From Candidatus Altiarchaeales archaeon (GTDB lineage: Archaea > Altiarchaeota > Altiarchaeia > IMC4 > SCGC-AAA252-I15): DNA of 64,000 nucleotides. The stretch lies in assembly GCA_014727915.1 (NCBI GenBank), contig WJMO01000006.1, positions 352,001 to 416,000 on the forward strand, written 5' to 3'. The translations under genes were made by a program, and so were the position numbers. Positions 8,405 through 17,217 of this stretch are shown piece by piece (the first letter of the stretch is position 1; every line of letters begins with the position of its first letter). A model generated the notes under the pieces. It was not told where the DNA came from and did no database searches. It was given only the letters and a program-made list of their open reading frames with translations.

Positions 8405-10042
8405 TCACTCTTCAGGCTCTATGAATACGCCCTTGACCTTTGACAGCAGGCCGCGCCTCTTCTCCTCTGTCTCATCGTCCGGCCTTATGAAAAGCCCTAT
8501 TAATTGGTCTTTGAGGTTTCTCTTCCTTTTGGGGGTTTCATCTCCGTCTCTTTCTTTTTCCCTGCCCCGCCGCTTATCCCTGAGGACCTCCTTTTTCCTC
8601 CGCTCCTTCTCCTCGTCGAGTTTGGGCTGCTCTATCCTTCCGGTCTCGTCGTATTTGGGCTTGGCGCCGTGCTTGGTCTCCCGCACGCGTATGTCCACCG
8701 TTATCGGCTGGCTCAACGCCTCGCTCACAACGAGGGCGTGTCCGACGTTCAGCTGCTGTATCTCCTCCTCCATGCCAGCCGTGAAACCTTCAATACTATG
8801 TCGGATGGCCTTGAGGTCGTTGGGGTTGGTCACCTTGAGTATGATCTGGGTGGTGCACTGGCTAAGCACGTTCTTGTCCACTCTCGCCGGACGCTGGCTG
8901 ACTACACACAGGTGGAAGCCGAACTTCCGGCCCTCCCCCGCTATCGTCCTCATTATGGGAGAGCTCATCACATCGCCGAAACCCCGTTCAGGACAGAAGT
9001 TGTGGGCTTCCTCCACTAGGAAGAACATCTCAGGTATCCTGCCGACAGTGCGCAGGTGGAAGAGCTCCCTTGTCAGCCTGGCCACCACCAATTGCTGTAC
9101 CGACGGCAGCGTACCCTTCAGGTTGATTATCGAACACTTCCCTTCGGCCACTAGCTCGGAATAGGGGGTTGGAATCCCCGTGAACACCCCTGATTTCATG
9201 AGCTCTGAAAGCCCGTCCAACACCTTCCACTTGAACTTGGTAGGCTCCTCTTCGATGCGTTCTATGAGCTCGTCGAGGGAGTAGTCCTCGTCCATGTCCT
9301 GCAAGGCAGTGTATAGGACGCTCTTCTCCTTCTCGGTCATGTTGATGGGTATCAGGTCAAGGAGCTCCTCCATGGTAAAGTTCGCCCGCAGTACGAACTT
9401 CTTCGCGTGGGGGTTTATGGTATGGTCTGTCGTGTACTCGAAGACCTGGTCCTCGTAGCTGTGGACCTGGACGTCATACAATAGCATGTCGTCGTATTCG
9501 TCGTTTTCGACGCAGAGGCTGCTGTACTCCCCATGAGGGTCTATTATGACGATGGGCACCTTGGCCTTCAGAAGCTCTTCCAGTATCACGGCTACCGCGT
9601 AGCTCTTGCCTGCCCCAGTCTTCGCCAATACGCTCATGTGCTTGCCTATGGTCCTCTCCACGTCAAGGTACACTGGTATGTCCATGCTCTCAAGGTAGCC
9701 CATGTATATGCTGCCCTGCCTCCGGGAGCCAATGTTGAGAACATCGCTTATCAGCTTCTTGTCAGCGAGGTAGACCTTCTCCTGGGGGTTGAAGGGTGTC
9801 CTCGGGGAAAGCACTTGATGGCCTTCCCTGTATCCGACGGTGTAGGCGTGGGCCTTGGTCTCGTCCTCGTCGAAGTCGTCCAAGTAGGTCTTCAGCGAGC
9901 TTATACGCGCCAGAACCCACCCGTAAACGGGGTGCTTCACCTTGATGAACGTGCCCTTGCCTATTGTGCGGTCTGTGAGCTTAAGGTCGAATTCGCCGGG
10001 TTTGACGCTGCCTGTAAGAACGCCTATGTCCTCATCTGCCAT
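8405..10042 (-). CDS. herA: HerA/FtsK-family ATPase (HAS barrel + DUF87-type domain) with a charged C-terminal tail
   Basis: Walker A AKTGAGKS, Walker B VEEAHNF, EGRKFG, SQRPARVDKNVLSQC. Confidence 0.92.
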   Translation of the reverse strand: MADEDIGVLTGSVKPGEFDLKLTDRTIGKGTFIKVKHPVYGWVLARISSLKTYLDDFDEDETKAHAYTVGYREGHQVLSPRTPFNPQEKVYLADKKLISDVLNIGSRRQGSIYMGYLESMDIPVYLDVERTIGKHMSVLAKTGAGKSYAVAVILEELLKAKVPIVIIDPHGEYSSLCVENDEYDDMLLYDVQVHSYEDQVFEYTTDHTINPHAKKFVLRANFTMEELLDLIPINMTEKEKSVLYTALQDMDEDYSLDELIERIEEEPTKFKWKVLDGLSELMKSGVFTGIPTPYSELVAEGKCSIINLKGTLPSVQQLVVARLTRELFHLRTVGRIPEMFFLVEEAHNFCPERGFGDVMSSPIMRTIAGEGRKFGFHLCVVSQRPARVDKNVLSQCTTQIILKVTNPNDLKAIRHSIEGFTAGMEEEIQQLNVGHALVVSEALSQPITVDIRVRETKHGAKPKYDETGRIEQPKLDEEKERRKKEVLRDKRRGREKERDGDETPKRKRNLKDQLIGLFIRPDDETEEKRRGLLSKVKGVFIEPEE

Positions 10043-10069
10043 CAGTTAATTATCGTATTTGTATAATTA

Positions 10070-10789
10070 ATGGAGATGAAGGGCACGTTCTCTGTTGTGC
10101 TTGTGGAGCCCAAGTATGACGGCAACATAGGGAGTGTGGCCAGGGCCATGAGGAACTTCGGTTTCAGGGACCTGGCGCTGGTTAAACCGCCGGAGATTGG
10201 TTCTGAGGGCAGGAGGAACAGCATGCACGCCCGGGAGCTCATGGAAGACGCGAGAGTGTATGGCTCGTTCGATGAGATGAAGGAGGACTTTGACTTCCTC
10301 GTGGGCACGACCGCCAAGGTCGCCGGCGACGGCAACACTTTGAGGACGCCAGTGTTCCCCGAGGAGCTGTCAGTCGCATTGGACTCCAAGGGCAGAGTGG
10401 GGCTGCTCTTCGGGAGGGAGGACTACGGACTGTTAAACGAGGAGATAAGGGAATGCGACATGCTCGTGACAATACCAGCGAACCCCGAGTATCCCACCAT
10501 GAACCTGGCCATGTCAGTCGCGGTCATATTGTACGAGCTGAGCAAACAGGCCAACAAGAGGCGTTCCTCACAGAAGAAGTTCAAGGAACTAAGCGGCAAG
10601 GAGAAGGAGATACTGCTCAGGTTCTTCGACGAGCTGGTTGATGAGATATACGACAGAGACTACGAGAACCAGCTTAGCAAGAAGACCTTCAGGCAGCTGG
10701 TAGGCCGGGCCTTCATAAGCGGCAGGGAAAGCAAGACATTGACCGGTTTGTTCCGTAAGTCGGGGGAGAGGATTAGAGGAGAGCGATGA
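10070..10789 (+). CDS. trmJ: TrmJ-family SPOUT tRNA methyltransferase
   Basis: LVEPKYDGNIGSVARAMRNFG, FGREDYGL, IPANPEYPTMNLA. Confidence 0.93.
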   Translation: MEMKGTFSVVLVEPKYDGNIGSVARAMRNFGFRDLALVKPPEIGSEGRRNSMHARELMEDARVYGSFDEMKEDFDFLVGTTAKVAGDGNTLRTPVFPEELSVALDSKGRVGLLFGREDYGLLNEEIRECDMLVTIPANPEYPTMNLAMSVAVILYELSKQANKRRSSQKKFKELSGKEKEILLRFFDELVDEIYDRDYENQLSKKTFRQLVGRAFISGRESKTLTGLFRKSGERIRGER

Positions 10790-11889
10790 AGTTGGGGCAG
10801 GAGGGCAGGAGAATCATCACTGCTTTCCTCATATCAAGGCTGTTCGTTTTCAGCGTAGGGGCAATAGCAGACACCCACCTGCCAAAGTTCGGCCATTACA
10901 GGTCCTACGGGCACCATGTGCTGGTTGACATGTGGATCAAATGGGATGCGGGATGGTATCTTACAATAGCCCGCGAGGGCTATTCGATTCTGGAGGGGCA
11001 GACGTCCAGCGTGGGGTACTTCCCATTGTATCCGCTCCTCGTCCGTTTGGGCGGCTTCTTCGTCGACCCGGCGATCGCCGGGATAATGATATCCAATGCC
11101 TCGCTGCTGGCCGCGGCATTGATATTGCACAGGCTGTTCCGCCTCGACTTCGACGCTGACACAAGCCACGCCGCCATAGTGTACCTTCTGCTGTTCCCTG
11201 CTAGCGTGTTCTACTCCGCAATATTCACGGAGTCTCTTTTCCTGCTGCTATCGGCTGCTTCATTCTACCAGGCCAGGAAGAACAGGTGGATGATGGCGGG
11301 TGTCAGCGGCTTCCTAGCCTCCCTGACAAGGATGCATGGGCTGCTGCTACTTCCTGCCCTGACCGTCGAATACCTGCATCAGAGAGGATATTTCAAGAGC
11401 TGGCAGGGAGTTGACAGGGGGTGGAAGGATATGGCCTGGCTGGCGCTGATACCGTTGGGCACTATAGTGTTCTTCACATATCTTGGAGTCACAGTCGGAG
11501 ACCCGGCGGCGTTCATAAAAAGCCAGACCCACAGCGGGAGACATATTATGATGCCGTTCATGGTATTCTGGACCTCCCTCACGGTCAACCTCTGCGACTC
11601 TGAGCTTTTGGGTGTGGCTTTCACGGTATTCGGGCTGGCGGTTACCGGGCTGATGATCCGCAGGTTGAGGCCGAGCTACACAGCCTACACGATATCGTCC
11701 ATGGCATTCATAGTTTCCTCTTCCTCGCTGGTTGGGAGCCACAGGTACGTGGCGGTGGTCTTCCCCGTATATGCCGTGATGGCCATGGTGACAGAGAACC
11801 GTTGGCTTAAGACCTTGACTGCGGCCGGCCTAGCAGTCACCTTGGCGTTGTTTACCGTGGGTTTCGTGAACGGATGGTCGATCCACTAG
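10786..11889 (+). CDS. GT-C mannosyltransferase-like membrane protein (PIG-V-like)
   Basis: WDAGWYLTIAREGY, YFPLYP, FPASVFYSAIFTESLF; multiple TM helices. Confidence 0.85.
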   Translation: MKLGQEGRRIITAFLISRLFVFSVGAIADTHLPKFGHYRSYGHHVLVDMWIKWDAGWYLTIAREGYSILEGQTSSVGYFPLYPLLVRLGGFFVDPAIAGIMISNASLLAAALILHRLFRLDFDADTSHAAIVYLLLFPASVFYSAIFTESLFLLLSAASFYQARKNRWMMAGVSGFLASLTRMHGLLLLPALTVEYLHQRGYFKSWQGVDRGWKDMAWLALIPLGTIVFFTYLGVTVGDPAAFIKSQTHSGRHIMMPFMVFWTSLTVNLCDSELLGVAFTVFGLAVTGLMIRRLRPSYTAYTISSMAFIVSSSSLVGSHRYVAVVFPVYAVMAMVTENRWLKTLTAAGLAVTLALFTVGFVNGWSIH

Positions 11890-11932
11890 CAGCCAGGACA
11901 AACTTATATTATCAAGCCCATATTATCTTCCG

Positions 11933-13162
11933 ATGGACGACACCATGTTGAAAGATCTAGCGGATGAATACGGCACTCCACTGTACGTCTATGACGGGAG
12001 GATCATCCAGGCCAGGTGCCGGGAGTTCAAGGACTCCTTCAAGGAATTACCAGTGGAGGTGAAATGCTGCTACGCCGTCAAGGCCAACAGCAACCTAGCG
12101 ATTTTGGCCCTGGTCAGGGATGAGGGATTCGGAGCGGATATTGTCTCTGCAGGAGAGCTCGATGCCGTATTGAAGGCAGGCTTCAAGCCCGGTGACATAG
12201 TGTACACCAGCAACAGCAAAAGAGAAGAGGACTTGAAAGCGGCTGTTGAGGCCGGCGTCATCATAACCGTCGGGAACAAAAGTGAGATAGAGACGTTGAA
12301 GGGGGTGGGGGGGGATAAGATCGCGTTCAGGGTCAACCCTGACGTGAACGCGAAAACGCACCCTAAGATATCGACCTCCCTCAGAGGCAGCAAGTTCGGA
12401 CTGCACTTTGAGAACGGCATAGCGTTCGATTCCGCCAGGAAGGCGTTGGAAATGGGCCTGAAGGTCACAGGGATACACTGCCACATCGGCAGCAACGTAA
12501 CGGACATGAGCGGATTCAAGGAGGCCGCCGAGAAGATGCTCGAGTTCGCTGCGACGCTGAAGGATGATTTGGATGTTGAGCTGGAGTTCATAGACCTGGG
12601 AGGGGGCCTAGGGGTGAGATACAACGAAGAGAAGGTCACTACAGCCGGCGAATTCGCAGAAGCATACAGGAACATCATAACAGAGGGTGTGGAGAAGCTG
12701 GGCTACAAGCCCACATTCCTGTTCGAGCCCGGGAGGTATGTGGTCGCCGAGTCAGGGCTTCTGCTGGCGAAGGTCAACAGTGTCAAGGAAACCCCTGAGA
12801 AGACGTTCATAAACGTGGACGCAGGATTCAACGACCTCCTGAGGCCTGCAATGTACGACGCATACCATGGTATCAGGGTTTTGGGCAAGGAAGGAGAGAG
12901 CAGGAGGTATGACGTGGCAGGGAACCTGTGCGAGAGCGGGGACATACTCGGCAGGGATCGGATGCTGCCCGACGTCGAAGCAGGGGATATTATCGTGATA
13001 GAGAATTCTGGAGCCTACGGCTATTCCATGTCCTCAAACTACAATAGCATGCCATTGCCTGCTGAGGTGCTGGTTAGAGACTCCAAGGTAGACCTTATCA
13101 GGGAGCGGCAGGACGTGCAGGAATTGTACGTCAGACAGAAGGTTCCTGAGGACCTGCTCTGA
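11933..13162 (+). CDS. lysA: Diaminopimelate decarboxylase
   Basis: YAVKAN (PLP lysine), HCHIGS, EPGRY, GNLCESGD. Confidence 0.97.
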   Translation: MDDTMLKDLADEYGTPLYVYDGRIIQARCREFKDSFKELPVEVKCCYAVKANSNLAILALVRDEGFGADIVSAGELDAVLKAGFKPGDIVYTSNSKREEDLKAAVEAGVIITVGNKSEIETLKGVGGDKIAFRVNPDVNAKTHPKISTSLRGSKFGLHFENGIAFDSARKALEMGLKVTGIHCHIGSNVTDMSGFKEAAEKMLEFAATLKDDLDVELEFIDLGGGLGVRYNEEKVTTAGEFAEAYRNIITEGVEKLGYKPTFLFEPGRYVVAESGLLLAKVNSVKETPEKTFINVDAGFNDLLRPAMYDAYHGIRVLGKEGESRRYDVAGNLCESGDILGRDRMLPDVEAGDIIVIENSGAYGYSMSSNYNSMPLPAEVLVRDSKVDLIRERQDVQELYVRQKVPEDLL

Positions 13163-13394
13163 TACTCTGCTCCACTTCAGCCCAGAAGCCCTCTTTTGCG
13201 TCGTAGTACAGCACCAATGAGGGTATCAATATCAGGAAAGACATCAACATCGGCACGGGAATCTCAACTAACCATCCCTTGTAAGGAAGGTTTATCTGCA
13301 TCCAAAACCCAAGAACAACAGCAAAAAGAGAGGCTAGAACGCCTAATGCTCCGAGCTTAAACTTAATCGCGTATGTAGAACCACAGCATTTCAT
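13131..13394 (-). CDS. Small two-TM hypothetical protein
   Basis: 87-aa ORF with two hydrophobic helices; fills an otherwise empty gap. Confidence 0.55.
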   Translation of the reverse strand: MKCCGSTYAIKFKLGALGVLASLFAVVLGFWMQINLPYKGWLVEIPVPMLMSFLILIPSLVLYYDAKEGFWAEVEQSIRAGPQEPSV

Positions 13395-13429
13395 AGTGAG
13401 AAAATATTTGTCTTTGGCTTAAAAATACT

Positions 13430-14383
13430 TCATTTTTCCATGGACTTCCTCAAATCCTCGAGTTGACGGGTCATTTTCCTCAGATAGGGGGCTTCTATGT
13501 GGCCGTGAAGCTGCTCTGATATCAACTGCTCGACCTCGCATGGGTTTGTTATGCCGAACAGGCAGTACATGCTCCGTACCCTGGGAGTCTGGACGTACCT
13601 GCCCCCAGTAACGCCTCCAGCCACCATGGGACCTCCTCTCGGCCGCCCGGCAACCCCGACCGAGACCGCGGAGAAATCCCCGCCCATGCCCAACCCGGAG
13701 GCTGTTACTGGGATGATGGTCCCAAAGTCGAGCAAACGCCCGATCAGGTTCTGGCTCAAGACTATGTTATTGATCTTGTCATAGCTGAGCTCGTTGCGTT
13801 TGTGGTCTATGAACTCGACCTCGGTTATTATCCTCTGGTCTGTTATGAAGAAGGTGTGAGCCCTCCGGTAAAGCTCAACGAACCCGGACCCTATGATGGA
13901 GGAGAGTATGCCGAATTTCATGGCGGACTCCGGGAGCATTCCAAGGAAGGAAGTCACGGCGAGGCTGCCCAAGCCAACAGCCAGCATGATGAAGACCCAC
14001 TTGAACTCAATCTTCAGGACGGACACTACCAACGCGCTAAGAACTATTGAAGCAAACCAAAGGCCGGCCTTGGTGTATGAGTTCGCGTATTCGTCAGCAT
14101 CTCCCGCAGCATCGTCCACACCCTGCAGGATATCCGTGAAAACTGGGATCTGACGGGTCAGCTCGTTGTCTATCATGGACGTGAATTGTGCCGCATAGCC
14201 TGTGGACGATGTGAGGGGATCGCCGAGGGAGTATACCAGAGTGTCCCCGTAGAATATGAACGCGAGCGATACTACGGCGATCCATATCCATAGTAGGTAC
14301 ATGTCATAGAAGGCGAGAAAATGTGGTTTGATAACCTTGAGTATCTTCTCGTCCTCGAAGAGGGCTAGACCGTCGCCTGCCAT
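13430..14383 (-). CDS. Membrane protein with a C-terminal bacterial-type PH domain
   Basis: FFITDQRII...ELSYDKINNIVLSQNLIGRLLDFGTI pattern after several TM helices. Confidence 0.8.
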   Translation of the reverse strand: MAGDGLALFEDEKILKVIKPHFLAFYDMYLLWIWIAVVSLAFIFYGDTLVYSLGDPLTSSTGYAAQFTSMIDNELTRQIPVFTDILQGVDDAAGDADEYANSYTKAGLWFASIVLSALVVSVLKIEFKWVFIMLAVGLGSLAVTSFLGMLPESAMKFGILSSIIGSGFVELYRRAHTFFITDQRIITEVEFIDHKRNELSYDKINNIVLSQNLIGRLLDFGTIIPVTASGLGMGGDFSAVSVGVAGRPRGGPMVAGGVTGGRYVQTPRVRSMYCLFGITNPCEVEQLISEQLHGHIEAPYLRKMTRQLEDLRKSMEK

Positions 14384-14422
14384 CGTTTAAGGATATGGTA
14401 GGATAAAAAGAAAAGGGGTTTT

Positions 14423-14486
14423 GCGTCAGAACTCATAAGCTTCGTCACCGGCCGCTTGGGCCTCGGCTCATTTGCTTCATCACGTG
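14423..14486 (-). ncRNA. Box C/D methylation guide sRNA (predicted guide for C34 of a CAU-anticodon tRNA)
   Basis: Minus strand reads C box GTGATGA (14483-14477), guide AGCAAATGAG, D' CCGA, hairpin GGCC-CAAGC-GGCC, C' GTGACGA, guide AGCTTATGAGTT, D box CTGA (14429-14426), then a T-rich run. Confidence 0.88.
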
Positions 14487-14511
14487 GAATAGAATAGGAT
14501 TGGGGGTTTAT

Positions 14512-14940
14512 TTACCTTCGCTTTATCCCGTGTAGGCGGGCCCATGTGTGCATCACCCGCACGGCGTCTTCGATGTGGTCAACGTCTGTTATGTGCCGGC
14601 CCCGGACCATCACAGGGTCTATGAGATTCTCCCTCAGGCATTTCTGGCTGGTTCCCACCAAAACGCTGCTGTTTATCTTGTAGTCGTCAGAGCCGCGATT
14701 TCCCTCCAGTTCAATAAGCTTGGGGGGTGGTGTCGCGTTTATTTCGGCGACTGCCACGGCAAGATTGGACATGTGATCCTTCAAAGAGCCATCGTCTTCG
14801 AAGTGATCGGCTAGTTCCACTTCGCTCGCCTGGTTCGCCGTGCCGGGGAGTGATAGGAATATGGATTCGAATTTGAGAAAGGTATCATGCATTGAGGGAT
14901 GCGCGCTGACCTTGGGGGTTTTCGTTTTTTGCCCAGTCAT
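14512..14940 (-). CDS. Hypothetical protein
   Basis: 142-aa ORF whose ATG overlaps the phosphomannomutase stop (ATGA). Confidence 0.65.
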   Translation of the reverse strand: MTGQKTKTPKVSAHPSMHDTFLKFESIFLSLPGTANQASEVELADHFEDDGSLKDHMSNLAVAVAEINATPPPKLIELEGNRGSDDYKINSSVLVGTSQKCLRENLIDPVMVRGRHITDVDHIEDAVRVMHTWARLHGIKRR

Positions 14941-16289
14941 ATCTTCCCTTTCAGCACCGGATATTTGTCGAAAACCTCCTGGAACATGGCCTTCATCTCA
15001 TCGAGCTTCTCGGGGGTCTTTCCCTCGAACCGGATTATTATCTTGGGCCCGGTGTTGGAGGCGCGCATGAGACCCCACCCGTCTGGAGTCTGAACCCGGA
15101 CTCCGTCTACTGTGATGACGTCAAGTCCCTCACGAGACATGAACTCCTTCTTAACCTCTTCCACGAGCTTGAACTTAACCTCCTCCGGGGCGTCCACCCT
15201 TATCTCCGGGGTCGAATGGTATTTGGGTATGGTGTCGACCAACTCGCTGAGCTTCATCCCTGAGTCGGACAACAACTCCACCATCCTAGCCGACGCGTAT
15301 ATCCCGTCATCGTAGCCGGGGTAGTTGTCCGCGAAGAAGAAGTGCCCGCTCATCTCCCCAGCTATCAAAGCATTCTCCTCCTTTATCTTCTTCTTTATGA
15401 AGCTGTGGCCTGTCCGGTACATTATCGGCTTTCCGCCGTGGGCTTCTATGTCCTCGAAGAGGGCCTGGCTGCATTTCACCTCGAATATGATGGATGCGCC
15501 AGGGTTTTTCTCGAGTATTCCCCTGCTGAACAAGGCCAACGCCATGTCACCCCGTACTATCCCTCCTTCTTCGGTAACGAAACCCGCGCGGTCGCTGTCA
15601 CCATCGTAGGACAACCCTATGTCAGCGCCCTCGGACCTCACCCTATCTATGAGTTCTTTGAGGTTATCATCTACTGTTGGGTCGGCTGGGTGGTTGGGGA
15701 AGCTGCCGTCAGGATCCTCATAGAGGGTTGTGACCTCGCATCCCAGCTGCTCGAATAGCTTGGGGGCTACCGCACCAGCAGTCCCGTTGGCGCAGTCCAA
15801 CACGAGCTTCAGCTTCCTCCCGACGTTGACACGTTCCTTAACAAAATCCAGGTATACCGGTATTACGTCAATTTTCTCATGGGTTCCTTCGCCCGTCCTG
15901 AAGTTGCGCTCCTCGACTGCGTCGCCAAGGGCCTTTATCTCCGGACCGTACAATGTCATCGTCCCGCCACGACAGAGCTTGAAACCGTTGTATTCCGGGG
16001 GGTTATGGCTTCCCGTCACCATTATGCCCCCGTCAAGCGAGAGGTGGTGTATGGTGAAGTAGAGTAGGGGCGTGGGGACCACGCCGACGTCTATTACGTG
16101 AAGGCCTGTTGACTGCAGTCCTTTTATTAGCGCTTCCGAGAGTGCCGGGGAGCTCAACCGCACATCCCGGCCAACGGCAACGGAACCTTCGACTGAGGAA
16201 CCGAATGCCTTTCCTATGTCGACCGCGACCTCGTCTGTAAGGTCCTTCCCGTATATCCCACGGATGTCATAGGCCCGGTAAATGCTCAT
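14937..16289 (-). CDS. Phosphomannomutase/phosphoglucomutase
   Basis: YDIRG, VTGSHNP, DGDSDR, GEMSGH, RASNT. Confidence 0.96.
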   Translation of the reverse strand: MSIYRAYDIRGIYGKDLTDEVAVDIGKAFGSSVEGSVAVGRDVRLSSPALSEALIKGLQSTGLHVIDVGVVPTPLLYFTIHHLSLDGGIMVTGSHNPPEYNGFKLCRGGTMTLYGPEIKALGDAVEERNFRTGEGTHEKIDVIPVYLDFVKERVNVGRKLKLVLDCANGTAGAVAPKLFEQLGCEVTTLYEDPDGSFPNHPADPTVDDNLKELIDRVRSEGADIGLSYDGDSDRAGFVTEEGGIVRGDMALALFSRGILEKNPGASIIFEVKCSQALFEDIEAHGGKPIMYRTGHSFIKKKIKEENALIAGEMSGHFFFADNYPGYDDGIYASARMVELLSDSGMKLSELVDTIPKYHSTPEIRVDAPEEVKFKLVEEVKKEFMSREGLDVITVDGVRVQTPDGWGLMRASNTGPKIIIRFEGKTPEKLDEMKAMFQEVFDKYPVLKGKI

Positions 16290-16291
16290 CT

Positions 16292-17140
16292 TCAGATAAT
16301 CCCCTTCCAGTTTTTGATGGCCTTCTCATAGGCTTCAGGGGTACCCGTGTCGAACCACTGCCCGTGGAAGGGATAGCCGAACAGCTTGCCCTCAGCAGAT
16401 AGCTTGGGGAAGACATCGGTCTCCATCATGGCCTTGCCCTTCGGTATGTAATCGATAACCTCAGGCTCCAACACATAGACGCCCGCGTTTATGAGCTTGC
16501 TTTCCTCGCCCGCCTTTGGCTTCTCTATAAAACCCACGATGGTATGGCCTGTCAGCCTGGCAACCCCGAATGCTGATGTGTCATCGACCTGTGTCAACGC
16601 TATGGTCGCCGTTGCCTTCTGCTCGGTGTGGAAGCTTATCAGCTGTGAAAGATCTATGTCGCTTAGCACGTCCCCGTTGAACATCAGGAAAGGACCGTCA
16701 AGGTGCTTCTCAGCCAGCCTAAGGGGCCCGGCAGTGCCGAGTTCCTCCTTTTCCTCGACGTACTGTATGTCCACACCCAAGTGGCTTCCATCGCCGAAGT
16801 GCTCCCTGATCTTCTCTCCCAGGTAGCCCGTGGACATTATGATCTCCCTTATGTCGTATTTCCTGCATAGTTCGATTATGTGCTGTACGAGCGGCTTGCC
16901 CTTCAGGGGTATCATGGGCTTGGGCATCTCATAGGTCAGCGGGCGCATTCGGGTGCCCTTCCCACCCGCGAGTATGACAGCCTTCCGCACCTTCCGGGAC
17001 TCCAAGACCCTGGATATCAGTATCTCTATCGCGTGGCTGCGGTTCCTGACGTTGATGCCGTCGACCGTGGAGTCCAACTCCTTGAGAAGGTCCTTCCTAA
17101 GGGTTATCGTAAGCCGCTCCCTACTAGCTTCAGAGACCAT
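16292..17140 (-). CDS. Ribbon-helix-helix domain fused to a sugar-1-phosphate nucleotidyltransferase
   Basis: N-terminal RLTITLRKDLLKELD...NRSHAIE; then ILAGGKGTRMRPLT..PKPM, LGTAG, NGD, WFDTGTPE. Confidence 0.9.
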   Translation of the reverse strand: MVSEASRERLTITLRKDLLKELDSTVDGINVRNRSHAIEILISRVLESRKVRKAVILAGGKGTRMRPLTYEMPKPMIPLKGKPLVQHIIELCRKYDIREIIMSTGYLGEKIREHFGDGSHLGVDIQYVEEKEELGTAGPLRLAEKHLDGPFLMFNGDVLSDIDLSQLISFHTEQKATATIALTQVDDTSAFGVARLTGHTIVGFIEKPKAGEESKLINAGVYVLEPEVIDYIPKGKAMMETDVFPKLSAEGKLFGYPFHGQWFDTGTPEAYEKAIKNWKGII

Positions 17141-17151
17141 AAGTTAACACC

Positions 17152-17178
17152 ATCATACAGGATGCTACAATATATGAT
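17152..17178. promoter_or_regulatory. Candidate RHH operator ATCATA-N15-TATGAT
   Basis: 6-bp inverted repeat beginning 12 bp upstream of the RHH-transferase start codon. Confidence 0.4.
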
Positions 17179-17217
17179 AAGCTAAATATAAAAGGGTAAG
17201 GGGAAAAGATAAGGGAT

